Notes: generated from the letters alone by a model not told the origin. 36,349 bases of DNA from Octopus bimaculoides (GCF_001194135.2 NC_068989.1:30452058-30488406); one strand, 5' to 3'; shown: positions 20,982 through 31,770, counted from the first letter of the stretch. Numbers and translations: made by a program.

Positions 20982-21038
20982 CTGTGACCACATTACTCCC
21001 CCACAACAAACATCAGAAATATCCTCACAATTTGATTT
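20982..21038 (-). CDS. Predicted host exon (KSNCEDISDVCCGGVMWSQ)
   Basis: Strong donor CAG|gtaagg; acceptor ttgtccag|; 57 nt, phase 0 to 0, compatible with the 2324 exon. The same frame is open upstream to 21131, so the 5' boundary is uncertain. Confidence 0.4.
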
Positions 21039-22036
21039 CTGGACAATTGTTGAGTAATCTTTTTGATAGTTTTTTACACTTCCAGTTGTTGCTGGTGAAT
21101 ATTGTCTGGTGGTCAAATAAATTTTCACCCATCAGACAAATTTCTGAATTTTGGTAACAGTGGAACTGCTTGTACTGACCAACCATGAGCATAAGCTAAG
21201 GAGGACATCCAAAACCAGGTGAGATGGTGAGATGGTGTGAGAGCGGTTGCTGTAAGAGTGAGATAGATCTGGCCACCCTCGTTAATGGGGACAAACTTGG
21301 GTTTAAAATATTGGACATCAACATCATCAACATGCAACAACTGCATTGTGCTAAACTATTTAAAACAGATGTAAGCTAAATAAATTGTTCATAATATATA
21401 TATATATAATTATCATTATATTATTTCATCATTTTATATATATATATATAATGAAGCAAAATAGGGATTAAGTAAATGCAAGCAAAGCTCTTTAAGCATA
21501 TTGTGGAAATAGAACACAGCTAACTACACACACACACACACCATATGTATGGTAAACAAGATTACATATTCAAGCTTAAAGCCATGTTCAATGATGTTGA
21601 TGAGTGCCATCTACAATAAGGTCAACTGAATGGGTAACTCAGATATGACACAAAGAGTTTGCCGAATAATTTCATGTTTTTGTATTACAAAATTGTAACA
21701 ACTAATAAAACAATATGTACACTGATTATGAAGAACAGACAGCAACATTTGTATCTGATTTTCATTGACCATGGTGCCAAATATGGCCAATCTAAATTAA
21801 TTACAGTTCATTTGTAAATTCAGAATCCAAGCTTTTAATATCTCAGACATAGTAGAAATATTTAGTTTAAATGATGTTGATGAAATCATGTATAACAATA
21901 TATCACAGTAAAATATTGAAAAATTATATGCAAGAGCAAAATAGGATTAATCCACAATAAACTGAGTTAATTGTGAAAAGGAGATTAAAAAAAAACATTC
22001 TATCTACTATATAAAATTTCAAAAGTAACTGGATTG

Positions 22037-22087
22037 TTAACTGGATCATTAAAGATAAAATCTTTAACTGGATCATTAAAGATAAAA
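22037..22087 (+). repeat. Tandem duplication of a 24-nt motif (period 27)
   Basis: ttaactggatcattaaagataaaa at 22037 and 22064. Confidence 0.9.
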
Positions 22088-22798
22088 AATGATTTACTCA
22101 TGTTAGGAGATCTTATTCACAGGAATATTTGAATACATGGCAAATAATTTTTACATATAAAATATTTACATATAAAATTATTAATTTCTTGCAATCAAGA
22201 AATTAAAAATGTCATCACTAACAGCCTGATGCTGCAAACATTATCAGATATGATAAAATAATGAAGAAAACTAAGACTTAAGGAATGCCCTAAATCATAA
22301 ATATTGATTTAATATTTATTTAGAAAGAAACAGAGGTAAGTCAAGTTAAGCTTGGATAAAACACTAATTAAAAGTTATATGCTGCTTTGAGTGTAATCTT
22401 AAAATAAATTATGTAACTTAGCTGTCGCTAGCAACAGAGCAGCAAGAATGTTATTGCAGTACTTCAGCACCAAAAAATTGGTGGACTATCTCTGTAGAGA
22501 ACAGTCAACTCATGGTCTACTGATAAAAATATGTTCGTAGCTTTCATAAACAGTCTTTCTGGTAAAAAGTGAGAATTTGTTTTAAAACTGGGACAATGAA
22601 AGTATGTTTACTGTGAAAATTTGTTTTGAGAGAGGATATCCCTTAAACTAAAATAATTATTACTGGTGAATATTTTACTCATATTGAAGTTTTAACTATT
22701 TCATATTTAAAATAACACAGAACAAAAGCAAATAAAAAGTAAATGCACACAAAATTAAGGAAGGAAGCAAATGGAAGAAATTATAAGAATGTACTTAC

Positions 22799-22830
22799 AA
22801 AATTAGATGTGAAGATAAAAACTAAAAGAA
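22799..22830 (-). CDS. Possible host exon (VLLVFIFTSNF)
   Basis: Acceptor ttattttctatag|, donor TT|gtaagt, 32 nt, phase 1 to 0. Confidence 0.3.
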
Positions 22831-23201
22831 CTATAGAAAATAAGTTCAGAAGTTACTATTAAACAAATATTAGAAGGTAACTGTCCAACTGTAATGCCAA
22901 AACAATCTTTTTGAGTTCCTCAATCACACAAACCAGTAAAAACAAGTATGTACATGGGATTAACTATTATCGTATCCAGTTAAATTGTAACTATCATATT
23001 GACTTGAACGAAGAAAATGGCTAAAGTGTAACAGAATTACTATAATAAAAACTAAAGAACAGACAGCAAGCACAAGTTGATAAGAATGTATCCAACCACT
23101 ACACCAAGTAAGTTACAAATATACCTAGTTTTTACTTGCCACTCATATTAGCATTTACCTAGAGGACTCTTAAAATAACCCAAGTGTTATGGCTTGCTTA
23201 C

Positions 23202-23287
23202 CTGAGGCAGATACGTAACAGGTTTTAACAGTCTCTACTTGGTAGCAGTTAGGTAGTCGTAGTAGACAGATTCTTACAACAGTTTTC
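23202..23287 (-). CDS. Possible host exon (KTVVRICLLRLPNCYQVETVKTCYVSAS)
   Basis: Acceptor taattagttgcag|, consensus donor CAG|gtaagc, 86 nt, single open frame (phase 2 to 1). Confidence 0.45.
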
Positions 23288-23762
23288 CTGCAACTAATTA
23301 CACTCAAAATGAAGTATAAAAACAAATGATCTGGTTTAACAAACCAAGCCAAATGATTAATGATATCATTTCATATATGGGATTTTCTTTTAAACTCATT
23401 GCTTCTTATTTTAGAAAAGATAAGGACCTAAAAACTATTATATGCAGCACTATGTTTACAAAGTACATTAAATTGACTTAGTAGTAGAACATAAATTATA
23501 TAGAAAAGAATTAAAATGTATGACATTAATGCCTTTCAAAGGTGAAATGACAGTAAAAATGAAATTTAAATTAATTCTTGTAACTTAATTATTAAATTAA
23601 ATAGTAGTTGATCATAGAAAAGGAAAATTTACGCCATGTCTAGATCTTAAACAAGGCATTTTTTAATGATACAGTTATTGCATAACTTTAGAAAATGTTT
23701 CTTAGGGATACAACTTGAATAAAAAAAATTCTATAAGCTTAATGATAATAAACATAATTCAT

Positions 23763-24160
23763 AAGTCACTTTTTAAAGTTATCTCTACACATTTTCTATA
23801 GAAATTAGAGCCAGCACTGATTTGTTACAATGTCTCGTATACAAATAAGTCAATGCCATATTTCAGGAGTATTTTCGCCTTCTTTAGCACCACATGCAAC
23901 CCATTCACCATCTATGAACACGTTGCTAAAATAGCCACCAAATATAGCAGTGTAACATTATTGGATACACCAGTTTTACATAATAAGCACATTCCAGGCA
24001 ACATGCATATTAATTGCTGGTAAGAACACCATATTTTGTCATGCTATCTTTAACTGCATTGTTTACATTAAGCATATTTGTATATGAAACGTTGTAACAA
24101 ATCAATGCTGGCTTTAATTTCTATAGAAAATCTGAAGAGATAACTTTAAAAAATGATTAA
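23763..24160. mobile_element. MITE/foldback-like element with terminal inverted repeats of about 90 bp
   Basis: About 23763-23852 (ttttaaagttatctctacacattttctatagaaattagagccagcactgatttgttacaatgtctcgtatacaaata) is an imperfect reverse complement of about 24070-24160; no internal ORF. Confidence 0.85.
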
Positions 24161-24869
24161 TAGCACTGCTAACACAGGTGAGGCACAGTATTGACTTATA
24201 AGCCTTTAACATACCTCATAGTGTATTATGGCTGCATAATGAAATATGGTGTCCTTAATGGCAATTAATAATTCATAAGGCATTTTGAATTAGACAGGTC
24301 AACATTACAGCATGTCACTCTATTCAACTTAATATTAGATCATATGATCTATGAAGCCAACCACCTTCAGACCTGTTCCCATCACTTCTTGACTTTCCTC
24401 TATAGGTACCTCGCAATGTCAACACCAGACATTTTTTTTTTATTAATCAAACATCATCTATTCACTATCTGGATACTCAAGTGATGCCTTTAATGGCTAG
24501 TTCTCATTTTTAACTAAGTGTTTCAAATGATTATGCATACCTCATTTATTTCCTAATTCCACTGATTTCATAAACTTGTTACCTATATCTGTCATGTAGC
24601 ATTATATATGTGTGTGTTTCCTACAGGCTGATATTAATTTGGAGAAATTATTTGTTGTCAAAAGAAGTAGTCACAGTTGTCAGACTGTCTTCAACTGAAT
24701 AAAAGCATAAATAAAACTACTCCAAACATATTTCAAATCAGATCACATATAGCAATAATAAAAAATTATAAAAATGATAATAGGTAAAAAAAAATCACAT
24801 TGACAAAACTTATTTGTTCATAAATATGTCAGTCCTATTAGACTACAATGCTTCTGTAAAAACATTTAA

Positions 24870-25075
24870 AAAGTTAGGTAAATACAAGGACTGTGAAATA
24901 GAGGCTTCAAAAATGTGGCAACTGGACCTGTGATTATCAGAGTTTTAGGGACAATACCAAATGGCACTCTTAAAAACTATGGCCAAATACTAGGAAACCT
25001 CAAAATAGCAGAACTACAAAAGAATTGTTCTCAAAGGTACTGCACACATCCTAAGAAAAACCCTGTCAACCTGAT
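24870..25075 (+). mobile_element. R4/Dong-clade LINE extreme C-terminal fragment
   Basis: GKYKDCEIE..MW...PVIIRVLGTIP...ELQK.VLKGTAHILRKTL. Confidence 0.8.
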
Positions 25076-25235
25076 TAAAAAACAACTTATTTTTTTTAAA
25101 CTCTTTCAAAATGGAAATATAACAAAGTTAAGGGAATCTTAGTTCTCAAAATCTGATCTCCTTTCTTTACAATATATCATTGCTAATCATAAATAACTCT
25201 CATGGTAAAATGTTCACCTTGCTGTTACTTGAAGT

Positions 25236-25480
25236 CTCTGGGTGAGTGAGTAAAAATTTTTGCAATATTTTGGTAACTTATTTGCTTTATTTGTCAAATT
25301 ACAACAAAGCATCCTAGCATTCAAAGAAGAGGCAATCATGTTGCACCATCTGAAGCTACTTTTCTGCCAGTTCTTCGATCCCATACTAATACCAGTTCTT
25401 GTCCTTTGAGCTGAAGAATTCCTTGACTGAAGCTTCCACCTCCTCTTGTTTGATGAAGTATTGTGAACTCACAAAGTAAA
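25236..25480 (-). mobile_element. Mariner 3' end (second mariner family), inverted orientation
   Basis: Minus-strand FIKQEEVEASVKEFFSSKDKNWY*YGIEELAEK*LQMVQHDCLFFEC* followed by the 3' UTR/TIR-like ctcactcaccc. Confidence 0.8.
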
Positions 25481-26013
25481 TAACACACAACTAATAACCT
25501 GAGGGATATATTTTTCTGCAATCCTAATGTGCATAAGCAGTATTTAAGCAAAGGCCAGCTTCTGAAACTTGTCACCAAACTTGGGTGTTTGTACACAAGG
25601 TAACGCTCTGTGTCCAGTGGAGTTATGAGGGGATAACTCACAGCAAGTTTGTTCCAGATGGTTGAATCATTGATCTCAACCTACACTCCAAACAGCTGGA
25701 GTGAATTTATGCCATTGTATGGCAAAAATACCTGGCACTGTGAGCTAGTGAGCTCTTCTTCAGTTAGACAATGCAAGACTTCATAACATTTGAATAAACT
25801 AGAATAAACTCCAGGAACTGATACTACAGCCAGCATACAGTCCAGACTTAGCTTCCTGGGATTATTATTTGTTCTGATCCATGAATCACTTTCTGTTCAC
25901 ATGATGCTTCATCAATCAAAAAGAGGCAAAGCTTCAGTGAAGGGGTTCTTTGCCTTGAAAGACAAGAACTGGTATCAGTGTGGGATGAAAGAACTGACAG
26001 AAAAGTGGCTTCA

Positions 26014-27267
26014 GATGAATTAACTCCAGATATGTTTAAATGCCTGGTTTTACACAGGGACTAACTGCCAAAAAGGATGCAGAAGTCAGAACTAGAATTC
26101 TTGCAAAGCTGGGGCAAAGCCAGAATGTAACCCTGCAAAAAGTGTTTGAAGAATGTGAAAGGATACTTAAATTAAGACATGACACAGAGAGGAAATTGAG
26201 CATAAAGCTTGTTTCTAAGTAAAACCAGTGTTGGATAGTCTGAATAAAGTATTTCTAAGAAACACAACAAGCATCAGGGTACAAACCCATGTTTTGCATG
26301 TGGTGGTACACACCTGAGGAAAAATTGTCCATTTAAAAAAGTGGAGTATTTTCATTGTAGTAATATAGGACATATAAACTCACTGTAGGATGAAGATGAT
26401 AAAACATCAGAAAAATGGTAAAAAAAAATAGTTTGTCATTAAAAAAAAAGGGTAATGTATGAATAGAAAATTCATACATTTGAAAATTGAAAATACAAAA
26501 GTAAAATTGAACTTTGACACAGATAGTGACATGATTATTATAAACGAAAAAATGCGGAAACATATCGGTAAGCTGAAATTAATTAAATCTAAAAGGGTAG
26601 CACATGGTGTTACAGGAAAAAGATTATATTTTATCAGTGAATGCATATGTAACGTAACATTTCAAGGTCAAACAAAAAGGCAAAGATACATGTGTTGACA
26701 GAATCACTTAATTTATTTGTCACAGACTGGATAGAATTATTCAATTTATGGAAGAAGCCCATAAGTGTTTTGTGTAGAAATATAGTTGCCTCAATCAAAG
26801 GCTCATATGTGGCTGAAGGACTGAAGCAAAAAGATTGCAGTAAAACAAAGTGAAATGCAAATATTTAAATCAAAAAGAAATGTACCACTTGCAGAAATAG
26901 GCCAGGTTAACAAATAACTGGAAAGTCTTGGTATAATTGAAAAGAATGACAATGCAGACTGGGCAGCACTGACGGTGTACATGTAAAAGAAGAAGGATAA
27001 ATGAAGAGTTTGCACAGATTTTTCAACAAGGGCAAACGAGGTTTTAGTCGCATGTGCTCACATTTGTTAAAAATTAACACACGCCATGGCTTATATTAAA
27101 TTTAAGCAGTTTCCCTTCGGTGTGGAGGAAAAGTGTGAATTCTTGTTAAAAAGAATATTAAACTGTTCCCCCGCCAAAAAAAAGCTTCAAAAAAGGGAGG
27201 TGGGGGTGAATAAAAATATCATTGCTGAATAAAATGACACTTCTTAAGAAAAACTTAAAAGGGAAGA
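26014..27267 (+). mobile_element. Internally deleted Ty3/Gypsy: gag 3' part, zinc knuckle, aspartic protease, RT fragments and PPT
   Basis: DELTPDMFKCL..QGL..KDAEVRTRIL; PCFACGGTH; protease NFDTDSD (from DTGS); RT start WAA...VCTDFST; FPFGV; PPT aaaagggaaga at 27257-27267. No RNase H or integrase. Confidence 0.88.
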
Positions 27268-27542
27268 TGTTGTATAATAGTACACCCCTCCCACGTGCTG
27301 AGTGGAATGAGGCAGTCCCTATAAGTAAGGTGACATCGGTCAGTATTGAGAGAGTACGGAGAGTACATGTAGAATGTGTTGATAGTCGTGTCTGTATTAT
27401 CTAGTAATAATGTGATACTGAGTGGGCATTATAACGATCAACAATGTATGACTGGGGGTTGTACAGCGCCAGGTAAAAACATCCTATTGATTATAACAAT
27501 ATCTATCAGAGTGACAACCATTGTACAAAGACAGCTACAACA
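27268..27542 (+). mobile_element. Gypsy 3' LTR (275 bp)
   Basis: Starts TGTTGTA immediately after the PPT and ends TACAACA, a perfect 7-bp inverted terminus. Confidence 0.85.
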
Positions 27543-27680
27543 GTGGAAAAAGACTGCTTTATAACAGAATGCTAAGCTGCTTTTGTTCTAACTTGATGAA
27601 TAAAGCAAATAAGTTACCAAAATATTGCAAAACTGTTGACTCAACACAATACAAAACAAAGCAACAAGAAAGTTGTGAAA

Positions 27681-27915
27681 GGCAGCAAGCTGGCAGAAAG
27701 GTTAGCACACCAGGCAAAATGCTTAGCGGTATTTCGTCTGCCATTACGTTCTGAGTTCAAATTCCGCCGAGGTCAACTTTGCCTTTCATCCTTTCAGGGT
27801 CAATAAATTAAGTACCAGTTACGCACTGGGGTCGATGTAATTGACTTAATCCCTTTGTCTGTCCTTGTTTGTCCCCTCTATGTTTAGCCCCTTCTGGGCA
27901 ATAAAGAAATAAGAA
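27681..27915 (+). mobile_element. Well-preserved tRNA-derived SINE (family A; octopus OK/OR-like) with a 13-bp target-site duplication
   Basis: A-box-like tggcagaaagg and B-box gagttcaaattcc; TSD aagaaagttgtga at 27666-27678 and 27911-27923. Confidence 0.9.
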
Positions 27916-27923
27916 AGTTGTGA

Positions 27924-28145
27924 TAATAATAATCCTTTCTATTATAGGCACAAAGCTTGAAATTTTGGGGGAGGGAGTTAGTTGATTACAACAACTTCAG
28001 TGCTTGACTGGTACTTATTTATCAACCCTGGAAGGATGACAGACGAAGTCGGCCACAGCAGAATTTGAACTCAAAATGTAAGGGCAGACGAAATGCCACT
28101 AAGTATTTTGCCCGGTATGCTAATGATTCTGCCAGCTCATTGCCT
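27924..28145 (-). mobile_element. tRNA-derived SINE (family A, alternative 3' tail) with (TTA)n
   Basis: Head and core are the reverse complement of 27681-27850; the tail matches 5947-6000 rather than the adjacent copy. Confidence 0.88.
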
Positions 28146-28559
28146 TCACAAAATTAAAGAAAGCAATAAGAAGAGTATGATATAATTTGTAATAGATAGA
28201 AATTGACTTTGTTTATTGAACAAAACAATATTTTGACACTATGTCAGTCTTCCTTAGGTTCAAAATCAAAAATAAAAAAACCCAGAAATATGGAAATTCC
28301 AAGTATGACTAAGAATATTTAGTGTTCCTTTTTAGATAAAATATCATCAATTTTTGCTTTTTTTTTTTGCAATTGGTAACATTTTAAATTTTGCCTTGAG
28401 CACAACAAATTTGTTCCTTTCCCAAAAGTTAAAATTGATCAGATGCCAACAAAAACCAAAGAAATCACTCACTTTTTCTCACTCACCCAGAAATGAGTTA
28501 CTCCTAGAAATATGACAAAATGTTATGACCTCTCATATAATTATTCACAATTTTTGTCA

Positions 28560-29750
28560 CTCAATAAGTTCTACATTTTTAAGTGAAGAATTACTACTAA
28601 AATTAAAAGACAATCAGAAATCTAATGAGAGTAATACTGTGGAAAACATTTGCTCACATTAGAAATCTATCATATTAGAAAATAAGTCAGTTATAAAACT
28701 TTATTCAGACAATATCTTTGTCTAGAGATTAGACAAAAATAAACTAGCTCAAGGATTATTTCAGTTTGTTCACTGTCACAAGCTTAAGGAATATGTTTTT
28801 GAAAAAAATGGTATCACAGAATCAGAAAACCCCATGTTTACTGAAAATGATGATGATCAAATCTGGCATAATTGGACTGAAAAAAATCCAAATTGGTATT
28901 TGGATGAAGCTCAGGAATGTGTCCTGCTAGAATTTCTTGAATCCTGTCAGACATGCTTTAAGGAAAGCCTGATAACAAGTAGAAAGAAGACCTGGGATAG
29001 CCTCATAAACTCTCAGCATAATGCACTCCATTAGTGCATCATCTAGCTAACAATGATTCTGTTGTTATTAAAATGGCAGATAGGGTAGGTGTGCTATTGT
29101 AATTATGGACAAGGAGGAGCATATTTCAACTTGTAAAGCAGTTTTAAGTGACAAAATTTTTTATGAAGTTTTGTCACTTAAATCCAAACTGTTGATCCAA
29201 ACTCCAATTACAGAGAGGAACTTGACAAAATAATTTTGTAAATAAAAAATAAACAATTTCATGACACTGAATCTAGGATTTTGTGGTCAGAACAAAAAAC
29301 ACCTATATTTCATGGCCTTCCAAAAAATACACAAAGTTTGGAAAGTTTCCTCCATTGTGGCCAATTTACAGTGGGTATAAAAGTTGCACAGCCAAAATTT
29401 GTGGCTGAATGACTTTCTTCTCCCTGTAGCAAAAAAATAAATCCCTATATTTGGGATATTTTTGATTATGTGTATAAAATCAACAATTTTTCAAAACCCA
29501 AAGTACTGTTGAAAACTGTTTTTTGACAACCATGGATGTTTCTTCACTATACCCCAGTATTGACCATGATGAGAGGGTGGAAGCATACATAAATGCTTTT
29601 GAAAAACAGTCAAACCAAAAAATTCCATCTAACTTTGTCTATAAATTATTGAAGTTTGTGTTACAAGTTTGGACAAAAATTTTACCACAAGGTGAGGGGA
29701 TGCAACATGAGTACCCCCAGGGCAGTTAATTCTGCTAACATCTTCATGAT
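28560..29750 (+). mobile_element. Penelope-like element RT, decayed
   Basis: LANNDSVVIKMAD.G..IVIMDKEE, PIFHGLPKIHK, PPL.PIYSG, TMDVSSLYPSIDHDE and ...SANIFM motifs; truncated before the YxDD motif. Confidence 0.85.
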
Positions 29751-29847
29751 GATATATCATTCACTTCCACCACTGCTCTGATTCTCCACATCATACAAAT
29801 AAGTCAAATTAAAAATCCCAGGTTATTGAGAATAAAATGGATTTGTA

Positions 29848-30410
29848 CAATGAGGTGGTGAAGCACGACCTTCGAACATTGGGCCTCACGGAGACAATGA
29901 TGAGTGACCGAGACCTTTGGCGATATGCTGTGCTTGAGAAGACCCAGCAAGCCAAGTGAGACCATAACTGTGGCCTATGCCAGTGCAGCATAACAGGCCC
30001 ATGTAAGAGTACCCTTCATTGGGCAATAAACTGTGTTTGCGAAGACCTGTTGAGTCAAGTGAAGTTATTGTCATGTCTGATGCCAGTAGTGCCTGACTAG
30101 CTCCCATGCCTGTGGCATGTAAAAAGCACCATTCATGTGTGATTGATGCCAGTACTGCCTGACTGGCCTTCGTGCCAGTGCCACATAAAAAGCACCCACT
30201 ACAATCTTGGAGTGGTTGGCATTAGAAAGGACATCCAGCTGTAGAAACCTTGCCAGATCAGATTGGAGCCTGGTGCAGCCTTCTGGCTTGCTAGTCCTCA
30301 GTCAAACCGTCCAACCCATGCCAGCATGGAAAGCGGGCGTTAAACAATGATGATGATGATGGTGATGGTGATGATGATGGTGATGATGATGGTGATGGTG
30401 ATGATGATGA
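29848..30410 (+). mobile_element. 5'-truncated RTE (ORF C-terminus, 3' UTR and (GAT/GGT)n tail)
   Basis: EVVKHDLRTLGLTETMMSDRDLWRYAVLEKT, then the shared 3' tail. Confidence 0.9.
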
Positions 30411-30467
30411 TAGGGGATTACTGGAAACATGCAAATGTTTTTGTGTGCTATTATGTTAAATGTGATT

Positions 30468-30566
30468 ATAGTGGATCATGATCAAAGGAAATTCTTATTG
30501 ACATAGCTAAAAATAGTAATGATAGTGGATCATGATTAAAAGAAATTGCAAATGACATAACTAAAA
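30468..30566 (+). repeat. Tandem duplication (period 54 bp) of an R4 RLE-derived segment
   Basis: atagtggatcatgat.aaa.gaaatt....tgacata.ctaaaa twice; resembles IVDHDQRK..IDIA. Confidence 0.7.
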
Positions 30567-30679
30567 GTACCATGGAAAATCAAACTTTCATGCATAATTT
30601 TAGCAGCCAATGTAAGATTTGTGATTGAATTCCTTTAGTGATTAACTGGCCCTGAAATTTTGCTGGGCACTCTTGTTTG

Positions 30680-31140
30680 TTCCTCCTAAAGGTTACTATA
30701 TCTGGCCTTCAGTGCTCTAACACCTTGTCTGTCTGGAAGTCAAAGTCCCAGAGGATTTTTATCTTCTTGTTTTCATCAATTACCTTTTCTGATACATGTT
30801 GGTGCAAAGCACCCTTAACTTTGTATCCGTACTTCTGGCAGAGTAGCCAGTGAAGGTTTTGAGCTACCTTTTCATGTCTGCAATCAACAAATCAACATAT
30901 TATCATGAAAGAAAGAGAAGGGGCAGACAAATATAGAGACTTGAGAATTAAGATTGCCACAATGTAGCAGCCATGAGAGTCAAACATAAAGGTTATTCCT
31001 GTTATCATTGGAGCATTGGGTAATATGCCATCCAATCTGAAGAAACATCTGGACATTAGAAATACTCTACAAGCTTGGTGTACAGCAAAAAATCAGCGTT
31101 ACTTGGAACTTCAGGCATACTTGATGGACAGTACAAACTC
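30680..31140. mobile_element. R4/Dong-clade LINE with an inverted 5' segment (30680-30905 minus; 30903-31140 plus)
   Basis: Minus: RHEKVAQNLHWLLCQKYG...ILWDFDFQTDKVLEH*RPDIV. Plus: KEREGADKYRDL...VIPVIIGALG...ALLGT. Confidence 0.85.
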
Positions 31141-31211
31141 CCAGTACACACAGTATCTTCAATCTACAACATCACAATATTGGATACTGCGCAATGTTTT
31201 CAATAATAATA

Positions 31212-31345
31212 ACTAGCAGTACCCATGGAAATTCCACAGTAAATACGAAACTTCTTAAATAGTTGTAAGTTTATATAAAGCTATAAAAATTTATATTCCT
31301 TTATAGATTGTATATTCTGCATTATTTTCACTTTAAAATACCTTT
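31212..31345 (-). mobile_element. Possible Helitron-like 3' terminus
   Basis: On the minus strand, a tggaa-t-ttcca palindrome lies about 10 nt before CTAG|T; no 5' end or ORF found. Confidence 0.25.
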
Positions 31346-31351
31346 TGGTTC

Positions 31352-31770
31352 ATCATCATCATCATCATCATCGTTTAACATCTGTTTTTCATGCTGGCAT
31401 GAGTTGGACGGTTTGACTGGGGACTGGTAAACCAGGAGGCCACACCAGGCTCCAATCTGATCTGGATTCCTTTTCTAATTAATGCCAACCACTCCAAGAG
31501 TGTAGTGGGTGCTTTTTACATGCCACTGGCATCAGCCATGTTCTGATGGTGCTTTTTATGTGTCACCAGCACAGGAGGCAGTTAAGCCGGGGAGGGCTGG
31601 CATCGACCACATTCAGATGGTGCTTTTTACATGCCGCCAGCATCGGGAACCAGTCAGGCAGCTCTGACAGCAACCCATGCATGAATGGTGCTCATTGCGT
31701 GCCACCAGGACTGGTAATGGCCACAACTACAATTTCCATTTGATTGTGATTTGATTTGATTTTGATTCTT
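31352..31770 (-). mobile_element. RTE 3' UTR and tail (truncated) with four tandem modules
   Basis: (CAT)n, ttaac..gttttcatgctggcatg and repeated ggtgctttttacatgcc units. Confidence 0.88.

Larger units (their letters stand above)
25590..27645 (+). mobile_element. Mariner 3' half (same family as 25236-25480), split by a Gypsy insertion at 26018-27542
   Basis: DNARLH, PAYSPDLASWDYYLF and KDKNWYQCGMKELTEKWLQM up to 26017; resumes as VEKDCFITEC* plus the 3' UTR (ataaagcaaataagttaccaaaatattgcaaaa) from 27543. Confidence 0.82.

Noticed and set aside
21587-21965. Two aatgatgttgatga motifs suggesting C/D box snoRNAs
   Set aside because: No terminal stems or recognisable rRNA-complementary guides; box spacing unconvincing.
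22324-22335. Plus-strand 12-nt micro-exon (tag|AAAGAAACAGAG|gtaagt)
   Set aside because: Isolated and opposite to the inferred gene strand; such signals arise by chance in AT-rich DNA.
25336-25641. 101-aa minus-strand ORF
   Set aside because: Off-frame and antisense reading of mariner remnants.
27681-27770. tRNA gene
   Set aside because: A/B boxes belong to a SINE head with a body, tail and TSD; no cloverleaf.
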